Source: Chiloscyllium plagiosum (taxonomy: Eukaryota). Taken from it: a stretch of 20,000 nucleotides of DNA. Of this stretch, positions 10,328 through 20,000 are shown piece after piece. The notes under the pieces were generated by a model that did no database searches, was not told where the DNA came from, and was given only the letters and a program-made list of their open reading frames with translations. A program made the position numbers and the translations under genes. Every line of letters begins with the position of its first letter. Positions within the stretch are counted from its first letter, which is position 1. The stretch covers positions 3,404,475 through 3,424,474 of the forward strand of contig NC_057751.1 in assembly GCF_004010195.1 (NCBI RefSeq). Reading direction: 5' to 3'.

Positions 10328-10739
10328 CTCCTGTTCCCTGGATGCTGCCTGACCTGCTGTGCTGTTCCAGCAATAAAGTTTCAACTTTGATCTCCAGCAT
10401 CTGCAGACCTCACTTTCTCCAGGGAAAATAGAGCCCCAGTCTAATGTTTCACGTAAACTGACATTTGCAACAGTGCGGCACGCCCTTCCACCAAGCTCTA
10501 GCTATCCTGCACCAGCTGTTGATGAATTGATCCCAGGCATCATCTGAGAGCTGCCCTCGGACTTTCCCTCTGCATACTGTCTGCTGAGGGTGGAGTTTAA
10601 GTCTGTGTGCTCTCACTCTGAGTGCAGTGTGTGTCTGAGTGATTCATGGTGCTGCCTACTCAGTGATAAGCCTGGTTTGACATTTACATGTTCCTGATGT
10701 TAATTGGTGGACAAGCTTCCCACTTCCTGGGCCCTCAAT

Positions 10740-10922
10740 CTGTTATCTCAGCACCTCTCGTATCTCTTTTTTAAGCTGTGCCTTGAAGTTGACCTCTTGG
10801 ACCAAGCTTTGGGTTACATGTCGCACTGTAGCTGAGTGTCAAATCTTGTTTAACAACTGCTTCTGTGAAGCATCGTGAGGCACTTTACTATGCTCCAGGT
10901 GCTAGTTAAACGTGGGTTGTTG
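10740..10922 (+). mobile_element. Old L2-type LINE 3' end, degenerate
   Basis: ctgtgaagcatcgtgaggcactttactatgctccaggtgctagttaaacgtgggttgttg resembles the L2-type terminal motif (tgtgaagcgccttggga...aaggcgctatataaatg) with a (ttg)n tail; from memory. Confidence 0.5.
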
Positions 10923-13017
10923 GAACTACAGGCACCGTCTTGGCAGTCTGTGTCCCACTGGCTATGTCTGTACATCAGTAAGTGAGGGTTTCCACTGTGC
11001 TCCAAGTCTGCATTTATTTAGGATTGATGAGTAGTACATTCTTTATGAGCCTGCCCTGGAGTGTTCATTTCATTCAGCGAAGGGAAACAAAATGAGACAG
11101 TCATCACATGTTGGCTGCTGTCCAATGTATTTCATCATTGCTCTTTTACTTTATATTCCACCTCCAGTCCAAGAGCTGTGACAGAGTTACCTCCGGTCCT
11201 CCCTCACTTCGGTTTCAATGGTTTCTCCAGAAGTGAGTCACATTTAATCTTTACAAAGTGGATTGATATTTGAAAATTAAACAAGAATATAAAGTCAAAA
11301 CCAAAAAAAAACAAACTGACATCATGCTTCTTCATGAAATAAACCTTGGGCTTAAAGGCCAATGGGTAAGTTCCTTTCAGGGAACTTCTGTGAGGAAACT
11401 TTGCCCATGTGTAGGTGCTCCTGAAGAGGACACAGTCAGCGAAAGCAATCCAAAATCAGAGATCAGAATCCACATCAGGCAGCTGGGGGAATTCATTGAA
11501 TTTCAGAGAAGGAGCAGTCTTCTCCATGCTGTCAGTAAATCATTTCTTTGGGATGGATGCCCAGTGACAGGGCTTGCCTGATGAATTATCCTCAGTTAGT
11601 GGAAACAGATTGCCCCCGGAAGTGGTCTGGGCGCAATTCCAGACATTTGCTGTCCTTCCAGCTTTCAGCTGCCCGACACCTTCATGTTGACCTAACAATA
11701 CGGGTCTCAAATTGTTTCACAAAGCAGAATTAAGGAGTGCAATTTGCTCATACCACTTTGGCTGTATTGCTCAATGGTTTCTTGGAATTTTTCTATGATT
11801 TCACACAAAATAGGTTTGTGTTTAGCAACTGATGATTTGAGCAAAGCCACGCAAGTGGAGTAGGTAAAGCTGTTTGTACTTGTTCCTCTGAGATTTTGCC
11901 AAGAATGAATATGTATCAACATTTCTGGTCAATACAGCATTGATTTACTGCTCTTCTTGCACCCTGTTTGAGGGTTGAAATGGGAATGTAGTTCAATTTC
12001 TGATCCTGCAGTTTTGACACTGGTGAGGTAAAAGAGAAAGAGAATGGGTTATCTGATCAGTTTTCAGTTGCTTTGCCATCATGTTTGTTCCACGTGGTAA
12101 GAGATTGGATCCTTTCATCCAATTACCCCATGACTGCTGGGTCTCGACTTGTAATCGGAACTGAGCCAGGTGTAACCAGGCCCTGGTCAGAAGTTTGGTT
12201 CAAAGACTAATCCATCAATTGTGCTCCCTACCCCACTTGAGGGATGGGGAATGTTTTCTGTCTCTGTCTGGCTCTCACTCTGGCTGTTACTTTCCCTGTC
12301 TTTCTTAGTCATCCAGCCACCTGAGCGAACAGTCAACCCCTTTATGGAACACACCATTCCTGGCCAAACAACCCAACTACTTTGCAAATGTGTTCAGGGA
12401 AAGAAATGTTTGCTATTGGTGCAGTGTGGTTGATATGTGACTCCAGACTCTCAGCAGTGTGATTGGCTGTCACCTGCCTGCTGAAATGACCCTGCACCTC
12501 TCTTATTTGAAGCAACTGTATAATTGTATACAGTAATCACAAAGACTTCAGTAGTTCAAGAGGGGATTTCACCGCCGCCTTTGCAAGGATGTCTGAATTC
12601 ATTTTGAAATGGAGGTTGCTCCTTCTGAGAAGCTGACATCCGTGTTCAGGCAACTGCTCGTCAAACTTACCTCTGCACTAAATTCTTCCCTTGTCATTGT
12701 GTGAATTCATTCCAAAGGTTGTGTAATTTTACAACGGCAGTAGTTTGAATGACCAGGGGTAGGCTGGAATGTGATGGAAACATGAAAATAAAAAATATGA
12801 AAGTGGAATTATTGAGTTTTAAATTGCTGATTTCATAACCACAAACAGGTAGGAATTAGTCCTGGCTAATACTATAGACCAGTGTGGAATATATGTCGGT
12901 TATAAGGATCACCTGAGTGGGAAAACAGAGTAAACTGTTCCTTCCACTGCAATGTTTTGTCTGTTACAGATATTTGTCAAGTATCTGCAACAAATTTTTT
13001 TTCTTCCTTTATGAGAT

Positions 13018-13914
13018 GGAAGAGGGAGTCGAAGGGTGGGTCAGTAAATTTGCAGACGATACGAAGATTGGTGGAGTTGTGGATAGTGAGGAGGGCTGTT
13101 GTCGGCTGCAAAGGGACTTAGATATGATGCAGAGCTGGGCTGAGGAGTGGCAGATGGAGTTGAACCCTGTCAAGTGTGAGGTTGTCCATTTTGGAAGGAC
13201 AAATGAGAATGCGGAATACAGGGTTAACGGTACGGTTCTTAGTAAGGTGGAGGAGCAGAGGGATCTTGGGGTCTATGTTCATAGATCTTTGAAAGTTGCC
13301 ACTCAGGTGGATAGAGCTTGTAAGAAGGCCTATGGTGTATTAGCGTTCATTAGCAGAGGGATTGAATTCAAGAGTCGTGAGGTGATGTTGCAGCTGTACA
13401 GGACCTTGGTAAGGCCACATTTGGAGTACTGTGTGCAGTTCTGGTCGCCTCATTTTAGGAAAGATGTGGAAGCTTTGGAGAGGGTGCAGAGGAGGTTTAC
13501 AGGATGTTGCCTGGAATGGAGAATAGGTCGTACAAGGATAGGTTGAGAGTGCAAGGCCTTTTCTCATCGGAACGGCCAAGGATGAGGGGTGACTTGATGG
13601 AGGTTTATAAGATGATCAGGGGAATAGATAGAGTAGACAGTCAGAGACTTTTTCCCCGGGTACAACAGAGTGTTACAAGGGGACATAAATTTAAGGTGAA
13701 GGGTGGAAGGTATAGGGGGGATGTCAGGGGTAGGTTCTTTACCCAGAGAGTGGTGGGGGCATGGAATGCGCTGCCTGTGGGAGTGGCAGAGTCAGAATCA
13801 TTGGTGACCTTTAAGCGGCAATTGGATAGGTACATGGATAAGCTCGGACAAATGTTCGGCACAACATCGTGGGCCGAAGAGCCTGTTCTGTGCTGTATTG
13901 TTCTATGTTCTATG
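13018..13914 (+). mobile_element. CR1 LINE 3' portion (RT C-terminal half to tail), 5'-truncated, relatively young
   Basis: EEGVEGWVSKFADDTKIGG...RPHLEYCVQFWSPH...LERVQRRFT; one frameshift near 13500; RFFTQRVVGAWNALP; (TTCTATG)2 tail; TATGAGAT at 13010-13017 and 13911-13918. Confidence 0.95.
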
Positions 13915-14092
13915 AGATAGGGGTGTTACTGGCTGGCCAGTATTTGTAACTTTTGCCCAGTTAGCCTTGACAAGGTGGTGGTGAGCTGCCTTCCCGAACC
14001 ACTGCAGTCCATGTGCTGCAAGTTAAACCACAGTGTCATTCGGGGGTGGAAGATCTAGTGACACTGAAGGAATGATGATTTCTTTTCAAGTC
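13915..14092 (-). mobile_element. Old LINE 3' end remnant (CR1/L2 group), host of the CR1 insertion at 13018
   Basis: ccttgacaaggtggtggtgagctgccttcccgaaccactgcag is the reverse complement of a weaker copy near 12547-12590, showing it is repetitive; family assignment from memory. Confidence 0.45.
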
Positions 14093-14180
14093 TGCACTGC
14101 TGAAAGCAAAGACAAAAAGACAGAAAAAAAGACATGGCCAGCAATGGAGTCTGTCATCGTAATGGATGACAGAGCTCTTG

Positions 14181-14302
14181 GCCTTCAGTTGTTGAACTCA
14201 CTGCTGACTCCTGAAGGCTGTCAGGTGCCTCAGTGGGAAATGAGATGCTCTTGCAGCTTGTGTTGCACTTTGTTGGAACACTTCAGGCCCAGGATGGAAA
14301 TC
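14181..14302 (-). mobile_element. Degenerate PLE GIY-YIG C-terminal coding remnant (second family)
   Basis: Minus strand reads ISILGLKCSNKVQHKLQEHLISH*GT*QPSGVSSEFNN, comparable to EEESLTFCLGTLQPHGIKVDFTSF in the 5.6-kb copy. Confidence 0.6.
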
Positions 14303-14419
14303 TAAACATTGAGCAAGACAGAGCAATTGGAGAATCAGACTCTGTCTTTCAACCCTCTTGTCGAATAAAACAAATCCAAGCCCTTGTCTGGTTGGCTGTG
14401 CACTCAGCAGAACAGACCT

Positions 14420-14709
14420 GTTTTCCTCTTTTCTCATTTGTCATTTACACCTATCTTCTATCTCAATCTTTCCTTTACCACCATTAACACTCCCTTTGTC
14501 TTTTACTCTGTTGACCCTCACCCCCTGTTCCACTTGTCCTCCACTCCATCGGTCTATAGCATAAAAATCACTATTTTCCAGCTCTGAGGAAGTGACATCG
14601 GACTTGAAACATTAATTATGTTTTTCACTCCATTGATTGTGCAAGAGTAGTTTAGTTTCACCAGCATTTTCTGTCTTTATTTCTGATTTCCAGTGTCTGC
14701 AGTATTTTG
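14420..14709 (+). mobile_element. Degenerate PLE pLTR (second family) with decayed hammerhead-like motif at about 14581-14616
   Basis: Pyrimidine-rich tract, then CTGAGGA-A...GAAACATT, then ccagcattttctg...gatttccagtgtctgcagta, paralleling ccagca...gatctccagcatctgcag at 10367-10406. Confidence 0.55.
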
Positions 14710-15438
14710 TGATTGTCTGAGTGAATCAGTGTGTTTGGTTTGGTTTGTTTTTTTAACAACCTTATTAGACTGTATTGCAACCTTTTCTGACTTGGGTATT
14801 TATACTTGCAGGTCTGGTTTTTTGCTGTGCATTTTTGAGATGATTATTTTCCGATTAATTTGTCACCACTTGGTTCTCTTCCCAAAATGTAATACCTTGC
14901 AATTAGCAACTTTGAACTAATATTCCAATGATTCCCATTCTACACGTTTGTTCATGTCATCTTGAAATCTTTTGAAATGTTCTGTGTTTTGATTATTGCC
15001 CCAAACATTTCGGTGAGAGGTTGCAGTTTGAATCATATGCCTCTTGCTTAACAGTGCAGGTAGATAACATTTTCTTTGCACACTCACATTTGTTGGCTCA
15101 TCTTTTTGTTTGTGTGCGTGGTATTTACACGTGAATAGCTTTAACTTCTGATTGGTCGACAATGCAAAGGGGTGCTGAAGGCAAGTTGGTTGCAAGCCTT
15201 GGTTATCCAGTCAGTCCCAAACTCTTGAGGGTGTGGGCTGGTTTTACCTTTGGGAGTCGGTGGTCTTGGACACAAACCACCTTGTTGATTCCTGTTGGTA
15301 CTGGACCACAAAACTCTTTCAGACCCCATGAATACAAGCCGCCTTTGAATGACATAACCTTTCTGTAAGCCCAACTGTCTGTGCTGGCTTTTCTCCCTCT
15401 CCTTTGATCATGGAACCAGGGTGTGGAAGTGGCATTGA

Positions 15439-15768
15439 GGGGCGGCACCGTGGCTCAGTGGTTAGCACTGCTGCCTCATAGTGCTAGCGTCCCGGGTTCG
15501 ATTCCTGCCTCGGGCGACTGTCCGTGTGGAGTTTACATGCTCTCCCCGTGTCTGCGTGGGTTTCCTCTGGGTGCTCCAGTTTCCTTCCACAGTCCAAAGA
15601 TGTGCAGGTTAGGTGGATTGGCCATGCTAAATTACCCATAGTGTTAGGTGCATTCATCAGGGCTAAATGTAGGGGAATGGGTCTGGGTGGGTTACTCTTA
15701 AGCAGGTTGGTGTGGACTTGTTGGGCTGAGGGGTCTGTTTCCATACTGTCGCGAATCTAAAAAAAAAA
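15439..15768 (+). mobile_element. Full-length tRNA-derived SINE, HE1-like (V-SINE superfamily)
   Basis: A box TGGCTCAGTGG (15451-15461), B box GGTTCGATTCC (15495-15505), central V-domain-like gtgtggagttt...tctccccgtgtctgcgtgggtttcctc, CR1-like 3' end, A tail. Confidence 0.92.
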
Positions 15769-16984
15769 GATAGTGAACAGCAGAACAGGCTCCAGAGGCG
15801 ACATAGCCTTCACCTGAGAGAATGTTTCTTTTCCTGCTGTGAATATTCCAAGTTGACAGCTGCTCCTGGAAAATCTTGTTCCACATTGTTTTGCTTATTC
15901 ATTGTTCTTCCATGTTTCCCTTTCCTACTCAGCTGCCAATTGTGCTGCTTGCCATAGTGTTCTGGAGTCTTGCATTCTAGACATGACTGGGCCAACACAC
16001 ATGGGCTTCCGTACCATTGCATTTTATCTTTTATCTCCCTTTATTGGACCTGTCCGGCTGATCGGAAATGTCTTTGATGCTGATGGTGAGGAGATTCTTG
16101 TCTCCTCTTTCTCAATGGCCAAGTTTCAATGTGTAGAGCAAATAAACAGTTTCAAACACCCAGTATCTTTTGGCTACACACACAGATATTTGATTAGAGC
16201 ATTGGTAATTTATCTCCATGTCTCTTCATCCTTGTTTAGTCAACTCCCAGCTTCTGACTGCATTACTTCACAGGGAGTTTCATTTGCTGTTTGATCCTCC
16301 GTTCATTTTGTCATTCCAAGTGAATCTGTTCTTGTGTTTGAGACACGGTGACCTTTGCCCATCTCTGACTGACAAACTGTGCTTGCCTGAAAATCCAGCC
16401 TGCCTACATTGCTGTTTTGGCTTTCCACATACTGAGTCTTCCTTTGAGTTTGGAGATTAGCCGATATCGGCGACTTCCTAAATACGCGCCTCTGTACAAT
16501 CTGATGTTTGTTTATAGTTCCCAGCCATTTCCTGTTGATTATAAGTTAATCAGTCTGCTTCTTCATTTTGTCATCTGCAGATCTCCTTGATCTCTTTATG
16601 GACGTTCTTGCTCACGTCCCTCCTGCCACAAGGTTATTGAATGAGCAGAAGCTGCACAAGAATTTGTGTGTTGACTTACTCAATATTTTTCAGCAATTGG
16701 TTTTATCTGCAGCCTTGACATTCCATAGACACATTCACTGTCACATAAACAGGGCAGCTTTTGAACTTTAAAAGACTGTATCTCTCTGACTTTACTGGGT
16801 TCCATTTTATCATTATTTGCTCTTGCGCTGATGACCAAATGAATATTCACAAATCAACCTTGTTCTTTCAATTTTGATCTGTTATACTCTTGTTTGTTGG
16901 TTTGGGTAAGGATGCTATTTGACCTTTTATACTGGCCGGGGTACCACTTGGTATAAAGAACACGTGTGAAGTTAGGGCAAATGA

Positions 16985-17340
16985 AGGCAAGTGATATGTT
17001 GGCTGCAATTACAGAAGGGTTTGAGTACAGGAGCAAAGTTGCACTGCAGTTGGGTTATTGTGTGCAGTTTGGTCTTTTGACCCAAGGAGAGACGTATTGA
17101 GACAGAGGGAGTGAAACATAGGTTGACTCAACTGATTCCTGGGATGGCGGGACTATCTTATGAGGAGAGATTGAGGTGAATCCTCAGAGTAAAGGGCATT
17201 CTATTTTGCATTGAAATGAGGAGGAATTTCTTCACCCAGAGAGTGGTGAGCCTTTGGGCTGTGCAGTTCCAGTCATGGTGTAGATTTGAAACATGGATTG
17301 CGATCATTGTAGGTATGGAAAACATCAGGGCCATGGGAAA
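16985..17340 (+). mobile_element. Old, internally deleted CR1 3' fragment
   Basis: tttgagtacaggagc, tattgtgtgcagttt, tatgaggagagattg and aggaatttcttcacccagagagtggtg parallel the 13.3-13.8 kb CR1. Confidence 0.75.
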
Positions 17341-17579
17341 TGATGTTGAGTGGTAGAGTAGTCAGGAGTGACTGATCAGCCCACTCCTTAGCTATTGATG
17401 TGTGCTGCCAGTAACCTGTTTCCACACTGAGGGGTTATCAGGAACACTCTAAGAGTAGCTGCTTAGACTTGGAGTCACTCTAAAAATTTGGAACGGGATC
17501 GATCGTTTTTGTTTGGTCAGGAACTTAGGAGGTGTGAACCCCATATAGAAAAATGAGCTGAGAGAGATCATTTGCTGAG

Positions 17580-18010
17580 CTTCACCAGGTGAGAGTGGCC
17601 TACAGTGAAAGGCTGGGAAAGGTGAGCTGAAATGTGTTGGTGTTTAGAACAACGAGAGGTCATGTGTCTGAACTTGTGAGCATTCCGTAGAGGCTTGATG
17701 GAGTTAACACTGAGATTGGTTTCCCTGGCTGGGAAATTGAGAACACAGGGATCCTGTTTGAGAAGAAAGGATAGTCACTGATGTCTCCGATAAGGAGGAA
17801 TTAACACATGCTCGCACATACTCTCACTCTTATTTCTCTACCCCGAGCAATGTGTGCATTCCTTCACTGAATATATTTAAGGCTGGGGTAAACAGAGTTT
17901 CAGGCCCTCTGGGAACTGAGGGAGACGTCAGGAAAGCAGGTTTGTTGCAAAATCTCCTATAATTGTACTGGTTGGCAGATCAGGCTTAAGAAATGGAATG
18001 CTCCTGCTTT
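17580..18010 (+). mobile_element. Highly degenerate CR1 3' fragment
   Basis: Order of weak motifs (ttcaccagg, tttagaacaacgagaggtcat, tttccctggctgggaa...agaac, aggaggaatt, atatttaaggctg) follows the CR1 ORF2 end. Confidence 0.55.
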
Positions 18011-18218
18011 CATGTAAGTGGAATGGTACAGTTTGCTTTGAGGTGCTGAACAGCTTCCTTCCTCATGCTCTGAAATTAGCAAAGGAGGCTGAGCATGATT
18101 AATTTGTTCACTTTATTTTGAACGCTCTGCATGTTCAGGTTTTTACTGTGGCCTTGTCTGACTCTGGCCTTTGAAGCCTCTGCCTTTCCCGACCCCAGCC
18201 TCAAATATATTCACAGTC

Positions 18219-18308
18219 AAAAGTCACACAACACCAGGGTTATAGTCCAGTGGGTTTATTTGAAATCACAAGCTGCCAGAGTGTAGCTCCTTCATCAGGT
18301 GAAGTCAC
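18219..18308 (-). mobile_element. Short PLE pLTR-like fragment (third family) with decayed hammerhead motif at 18266-18302
   Basis: Minus strand: TCAC-CTGATGA-A-GGAG-ctaca-CTCT-GGCA-GCTT-GTGA, then AATAAA. Stem I (TCAC/GTGA) and the 5' core are intact; GAAA is mutated. Confidence 0.55.
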
Positions 18309-18311
18309 TTC

Positions 18312-18705
18312 CGGGATGTTTTTTCACTGCAGCGCAGGATATTGAGTGGTGACCTTACAGAGGTGTACAGATAAGGTGAATGACAGGTGTCTTTTCCCTA
18401 CGACGGGGGATTTCAAGACTTGGAGGAGGATACTTTAAAGGTGAGAGCAAAAAGCTTTAAACGAGACATAAGGGGCAACTTTTTTTACACAGCGAGTGAT
18501 TCATGTGTGGAATGAACTTCCAAAGTAAGTGTTGGATGTGGGGACAGTTAGAGCAATTAAAAGACATTTGGATAAGCACATGAATACGCAAGGTTTAGAG
18601 GGATATGGGCCAGGAGCAGGCAGGTGGGACTAGTTTACTTTGGGATTTTGGTCAGCATGGACTGGTTGGGCCAAAGGGTCTGCTTCTGTGCTCTTTAACT
18701 CTGAG
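18312..18705 (+). mobile_element. CR1 LINE 3' end, degenerate
   Basis: ggtgaccttacagaggtgtac, aggggcaacttttttacacag, gtgtggaatgaacttcc, aaaagacatttggat and gagggatatgggccagg match 7216-7697 in reverse complement. Confidence 0.88.
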
Positions 18706-18760
18706 TTGTAGCCTTCAGTGTGAGCACCTCCCTCTACGTGCTCTCCATGATTCTGTCAGC

Positions 18761-18920
18761 TCAGCGGACACTGCACAATGTGTCCAGCCTTTGCTGCAAC
18801 TCTGAAACACAGCCTCCCAGGAGCTGCAGCTGGAGACACTTCCTGCACACATGCTGGTCCCAGGCCCTGGAAATATTCCCAGTTTCCCATGTGGAGCAGG
18901 GTGAGCACACCACGATTTTA
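18761..18920 (-). mobile_element. CR1 ORF1 N-terminal zinc-finger/leucine-zipper remnant
   Basis: VVCSPCSTWE...HVCRKCLQLQLLGGCVSELQQRLDTL: a CxxC...CxxC pair followed by heptad leucines, as in vertebrate CR1 ORF1. Confidence 0.7.
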
Positions 18921-19616
18921 AACTCTTCAACCCTTTCAAATTGAGCCTTTTGGAAGATGGTTAAGACCAAATAATATCCGTTTCTCCTGGGCCCTTCTTT
19001 CCTGTGTCTTGTCACTACAGAATACAACCCTGAGAAAGTACAAACTAAACTAAGACCTTACAAAGTATTAGTGATAAAAGTCACTATTTCCTAATCAGCT
19101 CTGTCCTTTGGCCTGTACTTCTGCAGCAGGATGAGACACTGTTCCTTCTGGATCTGTGCTGTTTTGCAAGTGATTTGTTTGTAATTGTCACTGATTCCTT
19201 GTTCCAACATCTCTATCCATCCAATCAAGTTTTCACCCAGTTATCCCTTCACTGACATAGAACCACCATCTGTTCTCTCATTGCATTTGGTGACAGACAT
19301 CCTTGAACAGAACAGTACATGCATAGATGCTAACAGATAATTGCAGTGTATTACAGTGGTGCAGAAAGGGAAACCCAGGCCCTTTGATCCATATGAGATT
19401 TTGTAGCACTAACTAATCTCGTAACTGAAGTAGTTGTACCTAGGTACCTTTGTATCTAAGTGGGTTATGGACCAGGCCAGACCCCCCAAATGTTTCAAGA
19501 ATTTAGCCCACGCCCTAATTTTGCTAGTTGTGGATGTGGGTTTGCTCGCTGAGCTGCAAAGTGCATTTTCAGATGTTTAGTCACCATACTTGATAAGACT
19601 AGATTAGATTCCTCGA

Positions 19617-20000
19617 GGAGAAAGTGAGGACTGCAGATGCTGGAGATCAGAGCTGAAAATGTGTTGCTGGAAAAGCGCAACAGGTCAGGCAGCATCCAAG
19701 GAACAGGAGAATCGACGTTTCGGGCATAAGCCCTTCTTCAGGAATGAGGAAAGTGTGTCCAGCAGGCTAAGATGAAAGGTAGGGAGGAGGGACTTGGGGA
19801 GGGGCATTGGAAATGCGATAGGTGGAAGGAAGTCAAGGTGAGGGTGATTGGCCGAAGTGGGGTGGGGGCGGAGAGGTCAGGAAGAAGATTGCAGGTTAGG
19901 AAGGTGGTGCTGAGTTCGAGGGATTTGACTGAGACAAGGTGGGGGGAGGGGAAATGAGGAAACTAGTGAAATCCGAGTTCATCCCTTGTGGTTGGAGGGT
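19617..20000 (-). mobile_element. Penelope-like element 3' end (pLTR with tail; continues beyond the window into the endonuclease ORF)
   Basis: Highly similar to the reverse complement of 10131-10420 including the tail; 19950-20000 translates on minus to TLQPQGMNSDFTSFLIS. Confidence 0.88.
19710..19745 (-). ncRNA. Minimal type I hammerhead ribozyme motif, core intact
   Basis: Minus strand: ATTC-CTGAAGA-A-GGGC-ttat-GCCC-GAAA-CGTC-GATT. Confidence 0.75.

Larger units (their letters stand above)
9843..10420. mobile_element. Young Penelope-like element insertion consisting only of inverted pLTRs, flanked by a 13-bp TSD
   Basis: Arms 9841-10096 and 10131-10386 are reverse complements with no mismatch seen. 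AGGGAAAATAGAG at 9830-9842 and 10421-10433. Homologous to the copies at 5612-6127 and 19617-20000, which extend into GIY-YIG-like coding sequence. Confidence 0.9.
9520..10655 (-). mobile_element. Old, diverged SINE resembling SacSINE1/Deu-domain SINEs, split by two younger insertions
   Basis: Removing 9713-9824 and the PLE insertion joins ctgctctttgaaggagtgtgatggaattttctcaggccac to ctgagaggg...gccccagtctaatgtttcac...acagtgcggcacgccctt, which resembles my recollection of the reverse-complemented consensus. Boundaries approximate; not verified by search. Confidence 0.4.

Noticed and set aside
9875..10352. Two nearly identical 122-aa ORFs on opposite strands
   Set aside because: Automatic consequence of the DNA palindrome; non-ATG starts, low complexity, no recognisable domain.
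9841..10386. MITE or DNA transposon with long terminal inverted repeats
   Set aside because: The structure is asymmetric (34-bp tail outside the right arm) and the arms are homologous to single-orientation PLE copies attached to GIY-YIG-like coding sequence.
15439..15515. tRNA gene
   Set aside because: A and B boxes are present but the sequence continues into a SINE body and tail; it is the SINE head.
15900..16780. Unique-looking stretch with several short ORFs
   Set aside because: No long ORF on either strand and no recognisable motif; possibly ancient decayed sequence.
19530..19591. Possible 3' half of a fourth hammerhead-bearing repeat (minus strand GGTGAC-TAAA-CATC)
   Set aside because: The CUGANGA half is absent and the remainder has two mismatches; resemblance rests on memory only.
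1..20000. CRISPR array, retron or other prokaryotic RT system
   Set aside because: No regularly spaced repeats or operon structure; all RT sequence is vertebrate CR1-type.

Overview
Repeat-rich eukaryotic genomic DNA, most likely intronic or intergenic sequence from a shark or other cartilaginous fish (inferred from HE1-type SINE, CR1 LINEs and Penelope-like fragments). No intact host gene can be supported. The window is a mosaic of decayed retrotransposons: many CR1 pieces, an L1-clade 3' end, L2-type tails, a full-length tRNA-derived SINE and several Penelope-like element (PLE) fragments. The standout is 9830-10433: a young PLE terminal-repeat insertion forming an apparently perfect 256-bp inverted repeat with a 34-bp spacer, a 34-bp unpaired 3' tail and a 13-bp target-site duplication. 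Each arm carries an intact minimal type I hammerhead ribozyme motif, one per strand. A third intact motif (19710-19745) and four decayed ones, from about three PLE families overall, lie elsewhere. PLE-associated minimal hammerheads are a known class; the complete, unmutated architecture here is what merits follow-up. Family names come from motif recognition, not database searches.
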